Virus record (IMG/VR): IMGVR_UViG_3300027763_000050
Location: 1-64,000 of that record
DNA length: 64,000 nucleotides
Strand: one strand, 5' to 3'
DNA from: a virus
The translations under genes were made by a program, and so were the position numbers. Below, in pieces: positions 37,710 to 45,899 of this stretch (positions are counted from its first letter, which is position 1; every line of letters starts with the position of its first letter). The notes under the pieces were generated by a model. That model was not told where the DNA came from. It made no database searches and saw only the letters and a list, made by a program, of their open reading frames with translations.

Positions 37710-38237
37710 TCAACCCTTGGCTTCGCTGGTGACTGAAGCGCGGACGATGGTGCCAGGGGCGACAACGGACGAGGGCACCAGGATTTGCCCCTCGGCAACG
37801 AAGCGTGCGCGATTAACGTCAATACCGAGCTCGCCTTCGTAGAGGGAGAAGAGTTCATGGAGGCTTTTGCCGTCAGCGATTGCGGCGGGGACTTCGACAA
37901 GTGCGCCGTCGTTTGCGGTTAGTACAACGGGGGGCTTGGCTGCAGCTGAAAGATTTTCAAAGAAGCTTCCAGATGTGGGGTTGTTATTGGCAGCTTTTGG
38001 TTCGGAGGTAGTGCCGGCGTCGGGCTCGGTGTATGAAGCGTGGCCAACGGTTATAGATTCATAGAAGGTTGCGCCGGCAGTGGCTTCTTCGGTGACGGCA
38101 ACCTTGGAGCCGTTGTCTGCGCTTACTGCGACTGGACTTTCGGCGGGAGTTTCAGGGGGTAAAACAAACTCAAGGGTGGTGACAAGGAACTTGTAAGCGG
38201 ACTTGTAAGCGGATTTAAGAGCGGAAAAGGGAGACAT
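37710..38237 (-). CDS. Ubiquitin-like (beta-grasp) protein with N-terminal extension, ending ...SEAKG
   Basis: C-terminal ~75 aa with beta-beta-alpha-beta-beta-beta pattern and terminal Gly, first gene of the JAB-E2-E1 run. Confidence 0.75.
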   Translation of the reverse strand: MSPFSALKSAYKSAYKFLVTTLEFVLPPETPAESPVAVSADNGSKVAVTEEATAGATFYESITVGHASYTEPDAGTTSEPKAANNNPTSGSFFENLSAAAKPPVVLTANDGALVEVPAAIADGKSLHELFSLYEGELGIDVNRARFVAEGQILVPSSVVAPGTIVRASVTSEAKG

Positions 38238-38315
38238 AAGAAAGCTTTAGTGGGTCGGGAGGGCGAAGGCAGCATCAAGGGCCAGGCTGCGATTGGCCGA
38301 TCTACAGGAGCTATG

Positions 38316-38933
38316 TCAGTCGAACTGGGGCTCGAGGAATAGCGAGCGGCGAATGGAATTGATTGCAATTTCAAGGTCATTGCGATCGGGGCCGATTGAC
38401 TGCGAGATAACAGGACGGGCAGTTTGAGCGCGTAAAAATTGCGGATCGTCTAGCCCCGCAGTAAAGAGACGGAAAAAGGAAGTCTTATCTCCCTTGGTTG
38501 TTTGAAGTTTGATAATGCGCTCGGAAAGATTGTCAACAACAAGAAGCGCGCCGAGTAGGGTACGGGCGGGCTGGGTGTTAACTGGTCCGGCTGGTTTATT
38601 GGATTGGGCTGCTACACGAAGCAGGTAAGGAGTGGTTGGATCCGCTTGGTGTAAGCGCAATTCGAGGTAATCTCTGGGGCCGTACTCAGAGGCAGCTCCC
38701 CGTTTAATAAGTTGCAAGTCAAAGGGAGCGCCAATAATTGCCGTAATTATTCGATCGGGGTCAGGTCCAGAGGCAGCAGGCGGAGAGTCTCCGTATGAGT
38801 AAAGATCGCCGCCGAAAGAGAGGCCTATAACAACCGGTTTCGGCAAGACAGTCGCAGGGCGAATACCGGAATTGGGATCAACGTCTGGATCAATAAGCAG
38901 CTCAACAGGATCAAGTGGCGCGAGAGTTGTCAT
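38316..38933 (-). CDS. Hypothetical protein
   Basis: ATG ORF upstream of the Ubl gene. Confidence 0.65.
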   Translation of the reverse strand: MTTLAPLDPVELLIDPDVDPNSGIRPATVLPKPVVIGLSFGGDLYSYGDSPPAASGPDPDRIITAIIGAPFDLQLIKRGAASEYGPRDYLELRLHQADPTTPYLLRVAAQSNKPAGPVNTQPARTLLGALLVVDNLSERIIKLQTTKGDKTSFFRLFTAGLDDPQFLRAQTARPVISQSIGPDRNDLEIAINSIRRSLFLEPQFD

Positions 38934-39159
38934 GGTTAACAAAGGAAACAGCACGGTTGAAAGACCCATCAGAGACGAATCGTTGAGCCCCTCGGCGAAG
39001 ATGGGCGCGGATATTACGAATGGAGCGAGTGGAAATACGCCTGCCAAAAGGAATGATCCCTTTGGTGCTAGTAATAGTGTGAGTAAGGCGCCAGTGTTTG
39101 GAGCCAGCGGTTATGTCGTAGCCGAGGGAGCGGGCTTCTTTGATGAGGTCAGCGGACAT
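38911..39159 (-). CDS. HicA-like small basic protein
   Basis: LIKEARSLGY...GSKHWRLTH......IP......R..RNI. Confidence 0.6.
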   Translation of the reverse strand: MSADLIKEARSLGYDITAGSKHWRLTHTITSTKGIIPFGRRISTRSIRNIRAHLRRGAQRFVSDGSFNRAVSFVNHDNSRAT

Positions 39160-39162
39160 TAG

Positions 39163-39717
39163 TTAGATACGGATAGATTTCTCCTCTTCCTCGGAAAGCT
39201 CAAAGCCGCGGGCCTTGATGAATGGGATAAGTGCAGTAACTGTGAGTTTCTGAACTTCCATCGAGCGTGGTTTCTCGATGCAACCAACTAACTTGCTGGT
39301 GTAGTTGTAGGCGCGGCAGACTTGCTCGATGAGTCCAGCCAATGTGGGATCGAGCAGAGGTCCGGTTTGGATGCGAGGGGAGGCGGGTTTGGCGAGGGTT
39401 TGGGAAGTGGCGGTAATGGCAGTGATAGGGTCTGGATCTTTCCAGCCGTCTTCGCTAGCAGGGATTGAAGGGTGGTCAGTTCCTTCCTCGTAATCCACCG
39501 CGAGGAACGAGCCCCCGAGGTCAGGATCGAAGCAGATTTGGTCTTCGTTGAATTGGTAGCCAGCGCGGAGGTCGGGGGCACTGGCGCGATGGATGAAGAC
39601 AGTGGGTTCGCCGCCCTTGCGAGTTTTGATGGACCTCTCGATGTTGTTGTAGTAGGCGTAGAAGAACTCGCTGTTACGGGCTGAGTGGCGAGGGTCGGAA
39701 GTGAGGACGAGTGCCAT
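39163..39717 (-). CDS. Hypothetical protein
   Basis: ATG ORF, early-region packing. Confidence 0.65.
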   Translation of the reverse strand: MALVLTSDPRHSARNSEFFYAYYNNIERSIKTRKGGEPTVFIHRASAPDLRAGYQFNEDQICFDPDLGGSFLAVDYEEGTDHPSIPASEDGWKDPDPITAITATSQTLAKPASPRIQTGPLLDPTLAGLIEQVCRAYNYTSKLVGCIEKPRSMEVQKLTVTALIPFIKARGFELSEEEEKSIRI

Positions 39718-39916
39718 GGCTGGATCAGGAAGTGAGTCGTTAGGTAGTTCTTTAGTGCGAGGAATTGTGTTTCCTCGAGGAGAAGTGCCGACCCGATCGA
39801 AGAAATCAACGAAGGCGGATCGGCTAATTGCTGCTGAAGGTAGAGCTTGGCCTTGGGGGAATTCGGAGTAAGAAGCAGGCGGCGCTTGCTGGGTGCAAGA
39901 GAGAGCCAGAAGTCAG

Positions 39917-40528
39917 CTATTTGATTGACCAATTACGGCGTTTAACAAGTTCAGCTCCGGGGACTGTGGTGCCGGCTTTGATTGCAGCTTTGATTGCGGT
40001 CTTGTCTGGGGCGTATTTGATCGTCTCCCGCAACAGGTCATTGGGGATCAAGCCCTCGTCAACAACATCGACGGCCTCGCTGACCCGTGATACAAGCTCA
40101 TGGGTGGGGAAGGAGAAGCGGGTGTTGTCGGGGTTGAGTTTGAGAAGGATGTCGATCAGGTAGGTCTGAAGTTTTTCGGCGCGGCGTTGATCGGCTTTAG
40201 CGAGGGCGGCAAGACGGTCGGCCTCCTTGGCGCGGAAGTCAGCCTTGCCGTGAAGTGCGTCGATTACATGGCAGACCTGATCGGCCTTGGTTGTTAGGGC
40301 CGACCTGGCGGATTCATCGAGGGCGAGGAAGTGCTCAACCAGTCCCCGGGCTGTGTCCTGCTGTTCGGGGTCGTCGGAGTCAAGGAGTTCAGCGGCAAGG
40401 GCTAGCTCACCGCTTACCTCTTGGACTTGGATTGCGAGGTTGAACAGGGTCGGGGAAGAGCTCGAAGTGGTGGAGAGTTCCGTCTGGGCAGATGGGAGGC
40501 GGGTTGCCGTTGGCGAAGTTGTGGACAT
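39917..40528 (-). CDS. Siphovirus Gp157-family protein
   Basis: KAD......I..L.......EA.RL......RAE.L..YL...PDKTAIKAAIKAG..VPGAEL. Confidence 0.85.
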   Translation of the reverse strand: MSTTSPTATRLPSAQTELSTTSSSSPTLFNLAIQVQEVSGELALAAELLDSDDPEQQDTARGLVEHFLALDESARSALTTKADQVCHVIDALHGKADFRAKEADRLAALAKADQRRAEKLQTYLIDILLKLNPDNTRFSFPTHELVSRVSEAVDVVDEGLIPNDLLRETIKYAPDKTAIKAAIKAGTTVPGAELVKRRNWSIK

Positions 40529-40761
40529 ACGTGTTGAGTGATTGAGGGCTGTCAAAGGCGATTGACCAAATGAAGTCAGGCTTTTCGCAGTGGACCAGCA
40601 GGTAATCGGGCGTGACTGCGGTGAGGGTGTAGCGGCCAACAACCGTGTCGGCGGGAAACGGTGCTAGCGCTGCCTTAAACCAGGCGACTAGGCGGAGGGC
40701 GAGGGGAAACCACATGAATGGCGCAAGCTGGAGCAAGCAGAGTATGGCAGCGAATAGCGTG

Positions 40762-40800
40762 AAAGGAAAGCCCCAGCATGCGGCTGCACACCAGGGCTTC
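40762..40800 (-). terminator. Putative intrinsic terminator
   Basis: AAGCCC/GGGCTT stem, U-rich tail on the minus strand. Confidence 0.5.
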
Positions 40801-40811
40801 AGGGATGGGTG

Positions 40812-41177
40812 TTATGCGACGGGGATAGCGAGCTTGGCTTCCTCTGCGGCACGGAGACCGGCGGCAGTGGCGTCCTTCTCGACCTTGGCCATCAGCGCTG
40901 CGGTGTAGACCTGCTTGGCGGAGATGGCGTGGACGGCGTTGCCCTGTTTGACGAGCTTGCCGAAATAGAGAGTGCCGGTGTTAGGGCACTCAAATGTGTC
41001 GGCGGGGTTATCAGCGCCAAGGGATGCAATGGCATGCTCGGATTTGAAGCCGGCACGAACAGCGGTTTCCCTGCGGGCAAGACCACCCTCGTCACGGGAT
41101 ACATATGCGAGCTCAACAGATGACCAATTGTCACCAGCGAATGCACGAAAACGGAGAGGACCAAGAGATAGATTCAT
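40812..41177 (-). CDS. Hypothetical protein
   Basis: Preceded by a degenerate copy of the early repeat element. Confidence 0.65.
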   Translation of the reverse strand: MNLSLGPLRFRAFAGDNWSSVELAYVSRDEGGLARRETAVRAGFKSEHAIASLGADNPADTFECPNTGTLYFGKLVKQGNAVHAISAKQVYTAALMAKVEKDATAAGLRAAEEAKLAIPVA

Positions 41178-41266
41178 GTGATGCGCTGCCGTGAGTAAGG
41201 AAATTGCACGGTTGAAAAGGCGCAAATAAAAAATCCCTAGACTGGGCAAAGAGAGTTCACAAATTT

Positions 41267-41782
41267 ATGCTCGGCCAAAACAAATCAGGGCTGTCTGGCT
41301 TAGATCAGCGCATTGCAAAAGAAGCGGCAACCCGGGCCGATGCATATGGGCAAGCTGGCCGTGCTGCCAGATTGGAAGAACTAAAAGGACGCGACAACGA
41401 AAGCCTTGCCGCCCAACTGCGTGGTGCATTGCAGAACAAGGGTGACAGTTACCGTACGCAGGTCATGCTTGGCGGCGACGGTGATGTGCCCATGGACGCA
41501 ATGACAGGCAGGAACGGGCTAGATCAGGCCGAGTTAGTGAAATTCCTAGCTGGCCTTGCTCCCGCTGAGCGTCAAGACCTTTTAGCCCGGATGTCAGGTC
41601 AGCAGACTGGTGTGCTGGAAGGTATCAATCGGATGCTGGCTGGTGATAATCAAGTTGGCAAGATCAGCCGGGGCGCTGCGATAGGCGGCATTGGTGTTGG
41701 CACTGGGCTTGGTTTGACTGCTGCCGGCAAGGGATTGATTGACTTGATGGAATATTTACAGGAAGGCCAAGGGGCGCAATAA
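41267..41782 (+). CDS. Gly/Ala-rich putative virion protein
   Basis: TAGACT box; glycine-zipper C-terminus like the 49-55 kb block. Confidence 0.65.
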   Translation: MLGQNKSGLSGLDQRIAKEAATRADAYGQAGRAARLEELKGRDNESLAAQLRGALQNKGDSYRTQVMLGGDGDVPMDAMTGRNGLDQAELVKFLAGLAPAERQDLLARMSGQQTGVLEGINRMLAGDNQVGKISRGAAIGGIGVGTGLGLTAAGKGLIDLMEYLQEGQGAQ

Positions 41783-41973
41783 TGCTGGATGAGGTCGTGA
41801 TTGTGGACTTTAAGCCCACCGAACGAGAGTGCGAATTGTGGTGGAAAGTCCGCCGCTCGCTAGAAGCCAATGGAAAAACGTCCTGCCATTACTACACAAT
41901 GGCGCTGGAATATACCGGCAAGTGCGGCGGGCTTGAGAGTAAAGTTAAAGCAGAGGTTGGCAATGGATCCTAG
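41782..41973 (+). CDS. Small hypothetical protein
   Basis: W.KV..SLE..GKT.C.YY motif; coupled start. Confidence 0.6.
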   Translation: MLDEVVIVDFKPTERECELWWKVRRSLEANGKTSCHYYTMALEYTGKCGGLESKVKAEVGNGS

Positions 41974-42592
41974 GTTTGCTGGCGACATCTTTAGTGATGA
42001 ATGGGATCGCGTTGGCGGCCAAGGTATAAACGATCCGCCGTCCAAGTTCCGCCGGCAAGGTGGCCCAGAACAAGTATCTATTGAGTCAGGAAAAACCTGG
42101 AGCAAGTCATTCCCTGCAGATGCAGTCAAAGAAAATCTTGAGGACTCGGCGAGAGAGGCCGGGTATGTAGGCGCAGGCAGACAAGTAATAAATGCGCTGA
42201 CTAACGGGTCGTTGAACTTTAAAGACGATACTGGCAGCATTGGCGTTTATCCTGGCGGTTTTAGTGTGCGCAGCAAGAATGGCTGGGGTGTAAATGTTGA
42301 TGTGCCAAGTCAGTCAGCAAACGTAAACGTCGGCAACGTAAATATTCAGGGTGGATTTGGCGCCAACCCCAACGTCAAGATTGGGTTACAATTCCCTGCC
42401 CCAAGCGTCGACCAAGGTGGCGGCAATCAAATGGTTAATCCCAGCCATCAGCTTGATCAACAGTTGAGGCAGTACGAACCAAGGCAAAAGGCAAAAGCGG
42501 TTGATACTGGCTGGCAATTGAGGGATGAGCTGGAGTCACGCAGAAGTAATCAAGGTTTACTAGAAAAATTGATCGGGCGCGGGCTTATTTGA
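41963..42592 (+). CDS. Hypothetical protein with beta-rich segment
   Basis: GAGG RBS; MDPRFAG start. Confidence 0.6.
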   Translation: MDPRFAGDIFSDEWDRVGGQGINDPPSKFRRQGGPEQVSIESGKTWSKSFPADAVKENLEDSAREAGYVGAGRQVINALTNGSLNFKDDTGSIGVYPGGFSVRSKNGWGVNVDVPSQSANVNVGNVNIQGGFGANPNVKIGLQFPAPSVDQGGGNQMVNPSHQLDQQLRQYEPRQKAKAVDTGWQLRDELESRRSNQGLLEKLIGRGLI

Positions 42593-42782
42593 GCAACTGT
42601 ACTGGTCTGCGACGACACGGCAGATCCAGGGTTTGTCCGGGGGACTCGCCCAGACGAATGCGTTGCTTGCCCGCATTGTGACATGGCCGGGCCCAAGGTA
42701 CATGGCAATACAGGAAAGAGAAGAGCAGACAAAGTTAATCATGTGAAAGTGTTGAGTAAGATGTGGTAAGTGTTAAGCGGTA

Positions 42783-42986
42783 ATGGAACTTAGATTTGCT
42801 GGCACGGAGCTCGACAAGGAGCTAGGCCTCGGGTTTCAAGGGCTTGGGGATTTGAGTAAGTTAATCCCTCGCCAAAGAATTGAGCATCCTCGGCTGCCGG
42901 GGTTAACACTTGGCGATGATTCAGTGCCCGAGAACGCAGGGCCGGGTTATGACGGTACGACGCCTGGATTTACTTACGGGGCTTAG
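42783..42986 (+). CDS. Small hypothetical protein
   Basis: MELRFAG N-terminus like other late genes. Confidence 0.5.
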   Translation: MELRFAGTELDKELGLGFQGLGDLSKLIPRQRIEHPRLPGLTLGDDSVPENAGPGYDGTTPGFTYGA

Positions 42987-42996
42987 GACAACCGGC

Positions 42997-43182
42997 TTAG
43001 TCGAGATCGACGCTGGTATTGAAGTCTTGCTCAGGTTGCGCTCCGTCGTAAAGCTCAACAACAAGGTCTCCGTCAAAGCCCTGGCTGAGGATAAGTTCAT
43101 CGCCGGCCACCCATCCGAGCTGATCGAGAATGCCTTTGGGTAAGGGGAGGAATCCGTCGTCGTCAACAACCAGAGTTGGCAT
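42997..43182 (-). CDS. AbrB/MazE/SpoVT-like DNA-binding protein
   Basis: DDDG.LPLPKGILDQLGWVAGDEL motif. Confidence 0.75.
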   Translation of the reverse strand: MPTLVVDDDGFLPLPKGILDQLGWVAGDELILSQGFDGDLVVELYDGAQPEQDFNTSVDLD

Positions 43183-43253
43183 GTTGCAAGATGCATATTG
43201 CACAAGGTAACAAGAAAAAAACCCCGCCCAGAAAACTCCGAGCGGGGCATGGA

Positions 43254-43472
43254 TCAGACGGGCTCGAGCATGAACTCGCGCATGAAGTCTTCCTCGCGGT
43301 CGGCAAGGAAATCAAGGAGGTCAGCCTTAGTGAACTCGTCTTCCTCGATCACCATCGGTAAGAATCCGAATTGGGACTCGAGCTGAAAGCCAACCTCGCC
43401 AATGAATGCGGGGCTGCCTTCGTAAAAAACTTCCTGACCATTGGGCCAGGCGGTAAGACGGAGAAATGTCAT
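43254..43472 (-). CDS. Small acidic protein
   Basis: ATGA-coupled to upstream ORF, followed by a terminator at ~43213-43248. Confidence 0.6.
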   Translation of the reverse strand: MTFLRLTAWPNGQEVFYEGSPAFIGEVGFQLESQFGFLPMVIEEDEFTKADLLDFLADREEDFMREFMLEPV

Positions 43473-43615
43473 CGTGCTACTCCACCGAAGCGTGTGGTGA
43501 AGTAGTCGTTGCTGAAGGAGCGGCCTCTTTGCTGCGTAGAGACATAGCTCTCGGTCAGCATGGGACGTGGGCGGCGGCGTGCGCGGTCAATGTGAGCTGC
43601 TTGCAGGAGCGTCAT
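43469..43615 (-). CDS. 48-aa basic protein (repeat cassette)
   Basis: ATG just downstream of the repeat copy at 43637. Confidence 0.5.
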   Translation of the reverse strand: MTLLQAAHIDRARRRPRPMLTESYVSTQQRGRSFSNDYFTTRFGGVAR

Positions 43616-43713
43616 GGTCAAAGGAAATAAAGAACTGCACTGTTGAAAGAGTGCAAAGAAAAACCCTCCACCCCTGGGCCAGAGGAGTGGAGGGAGATTG
43701 CGGCTAGTTGGGA

Positions 43714-44154
43714 TCAGGCTTCTGGCTCGGCGACAGGGGCGGTGCGTTCCAGCGGTGAAAGCGAAGTAAGCACCCACTCGGAACAGCGGCGACCGTCTTG
43801 GGTGTGATAGGTGGACTCGAACGCGGTGATGGCGAGGAGAAACTCACCGGCTGCGTGAAGTTCAGCGAGCTTGGTGGCAAGGGGGCCGTTGCCGTTGTCA
43901 TAGGCGACGAGGTTCTTGGCTTGCCCGTAGGTGCGGCTGCCATCTCGCTGGCGCTGTCCTTTCTGGGCGGAAACCTTGGTGAAGGTTTTGCCAGTCGGGG
44001 TTTGGCCGGTGAAAATCTCGCGTTGAATCCAGAGGACCTGGCAGAGTTCGTCTCTGCGTTCTTCGGCAGGGGCAGTAGGCGCGGGTGTTGCAGCGAGCGC
44101 GGCTTCGAGTTCGATAACGCGCTGCTGGAGATCGGCTTTGGTCATGAGAGCCAT
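43714..44154 (-). CDS. Hypothetical protein, possible OB-fold (repeat cassette)
   Basis: Fills the interval between repeat copies. Confidence 0.7.
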   Translation of the reverse strand: MALMTKADLQQRVIELEAALAATPAPTAPAEERRDELCQVLWIQREIFTGQTPTGKTFTKVSAQKGQRQRDGSRTYGQAKNLVAYDNGNGPLATKLAELHAAGEFLLAITAFESTYHTQDGRRCSEWVLTSLSPLERTAPVAEPEA

Positions 44155-44263
44155 GGAAGAACCGGGTGATGTGCCCGGGGGAAAGGGAAATTGCACTGTT
44201 GAAAAAGTGCGTAAAAAGCCCCACGTCTGGGGCCGAGGAATTAGACAGCTGCAGGCGAAGGAG

Positions 44264-44617
44264 TCAGAAGGGGCGGCCGTCGAGGTAGTAGATAAAGGCG
44301 CTCGGTTTCATGCGCCCCTGCATGAGGAGATCAGCGTTGCGGCGGGTACTCGCGAGATGGTCAACAAAGGGCTCGCGAATGGAGAGATAGCGAGCGGTGA
44401 TGTCGTTGGCGGCAAGGGTTATGTATTCATCGCGGTTGGAGACGAGGTCCGTGATGAAATTGTTAGCGGCGTGAATGATCTTGCCGAGGATGTATCCGGC
44501 CACATAGAGGGCAGTTATAGCGGTGACCAGGTAGCGGGCAATGGTCTTGATAGCTGGTCCCCAGTCGGCTTTGGCGATCGAGGTTGCTTTGGCGGCGATG
44601 GCGTTGAAGTTTGGCAT
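44264..44617 (-). CDS. Membrane protein (repeat cassette)
   Basis: TM helix LVTAITALYVAGYILG; fills the repeat interval. Confidence 0.65.
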   Translation of the reverse strand: MPNFNAIAAKATSIAKADWGPAIKTIARYLVTAITALYVAGYILGKIIHAANNFITDLVSNRDEYITLAANDITARYLSIREPFVDHLASTRRNADLLMQGRMKPSAFIYYLDGRPF

Positions 44618-44719
44618 TGGCGGTAGTTGGGTGGTGTACCCAGGGGAAAGGGATTGCACTGTTGAAGAAGTGCAAAAGAAAATCCCCTCACCCCGGCGTG
44701 GAGTGAAGGGATGATGCGG

Positions 44720-44911
44720 TCACAAAACCATTTCAATCGAAGATTCCATCATCTCAGCAAAGCTAAGAATCTGAATTCCAACGGTACCTTGGACTCCATT
44801 ATTCAATTCAGGAGAATTGTGCATAAAGTCAAGCTGTGCGGCTTCTACTAATGCTTCTTCTTTGCATTCGCACAAACAAGCCTGTTGTCCGTTAGCAATT
44901 ACAAAGTACAC
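44720..44911 (-). CDS. 63-aa protein (repeat cassette)
   Basis: GTG start; stop immediately before the next terminator. Confidence 0.5.
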   Translation of the reverse strand: MYFVIANGQQACLCECKEEALVEAAQLDFMHNSPELNNGVQGTVGIQILSFAEMMESSIEMVL

Positions 44912-45018
44912 GTTAATGCTCCGTTGTGCGGTACCTATCTCCGCTGGGGTATTGCACTGTTGAAGAAGTGCAAAAGAAAATCCCCTCACCCCGGCGTGGA
45001 GTGAAGGGATGATGCGGG

Positions 45019-45150
45019 TCAAAGCATGCGAGCGCGGGTGCCGCATGTGGCGTAGAAGGCAATCATGTTCTGCGCCTCCGCAAGGGTGTTGAAGGACTGA
45101 GTCCTCCAGGCGCCGTTGCTGTAGGGCGGTTGAAAGGTGATCTTGAACAT
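45019..45150 (-). CDS. 43-aa protein MFKITFQPPYSNGAWRTQSF... (repeat cassette)
   Basis: Hand-translated; ATG abuts the repeat; WRTQSF.TL.EA..M..FY..CG resembles a small cyanophage family. Confidence 0.7.
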   Translation of the reverse strand: MFKITFQPPYSNGAWRTQSFNTLAEAQNMIAFYATCGTRARML

Positions 45151-45224
45151 TGCACTGTTGAAGAAGTACAAAAGAAAATCCCCTCACCCCGGCGTGGAGT
45201 GAAGGGACTCAGGAGCGGGGTAGA

Positions 45225-45407
45225 TCAGTAGCGGTAGCCGTAGGATTTGCAGAACTCGATATGAGCCTGGTGCTTGTCTGCGGGCCAGTCGTGGTGGGCA
45301 CATTGGGCAGCGGTGGCGGAATCGAGAGCTTTGACGCCTGCATTTGCGACGGCGGATACCGCTGCTGCTAGTGCCAGGGAGATCGCAGCGAAAAGGAGCT
45401 TGGACAT
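45225..45407 (-). CDS. 60-aa secreted/membrane protein (repeat cassette)
   Basis: Signal-peptide-like N-terminus; ATG abuts the repeat. Confidence 0.7.
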   Translation of the reverse strand: MSKLLFAAISLALAAAVSAVANAGVKALDSATAAQCAHHDWPADKHQAHIEFCKSYGYRY

Positions 45408-45482
45408 TTGCACTGTTGAAGAAGTACAAAAGAAAATCCCTCCACCCCGGGAAGGAGTGAAGGGACGGTGCTGTTAGCCAGG

Positions 45483-45653
45483 TCAGCCCGGTGTCCCAGG
45501 CAGCCATTCGGGGTAGCTGGCGTCCCCGGCAAGGTAATCAAGGAAGCGGCAGTACCGATCCATGCCTTCGTCTTCCGTCTCCGCCTTGGCCCAAAGTTCC
45601 TCGAGTGCTGCCCAGTCGGGCTCGTCGATGAATTGGCTGTTTGAACTGGACAT
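45483..45653 (-). CDS. 56-aa acidic protein (repeat cassette)
   Basis: ATG abuts the repeat. Confidence 0.65.
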   Translation of the reverse strand: MSSSNSQFIDEPDWAALEELWAKAETEDEGMDRYCRFLDYLAGDASYPEWLPGTPG

Positions 45654-45725
45654 TGCACTGTTGAAAAAGTACAAAAGAAAATCCCCTCACCCGGCGTGGA
45701 GTGAAGGGATGGTGTGGCGTGGAAT

Positions 45726-45899
45726 TTAGACGCGGTAATGGGGGAGGTTGGTGTCGTTTGCCGCCGCCGCCTGGAGTTGTGCTTCTGCTGTGTGTATTAA
45801 GTGCATGAGTAAATCCATGCGCTCGTGAAGTTCAGCGAGCTCTTGATGGTAGTGCTCAATGTTGAAACGGAGACAATCAGCGCTGGAAAGAACGAGCAT
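45726..45899 (-). CDS. 57-aa coiled-coil protein MLVLSSADCLRF... (repeat cassette)
   Basis: Hand-translated; ATG abuts the first repeat copy. Confidence 0.65.
   Translation of the reverse strand: MLVLSSADCLRFNIEHYHQELAELHERMDLLMHLIHTAEAQLQAAAANDTNLPHYRV

Noticed and set aside
44720-45187. 155-aa ORF spanning two repeat copies
   Set aside because: Chance read-through of the repeats; each cassette has its own shorter ORF.
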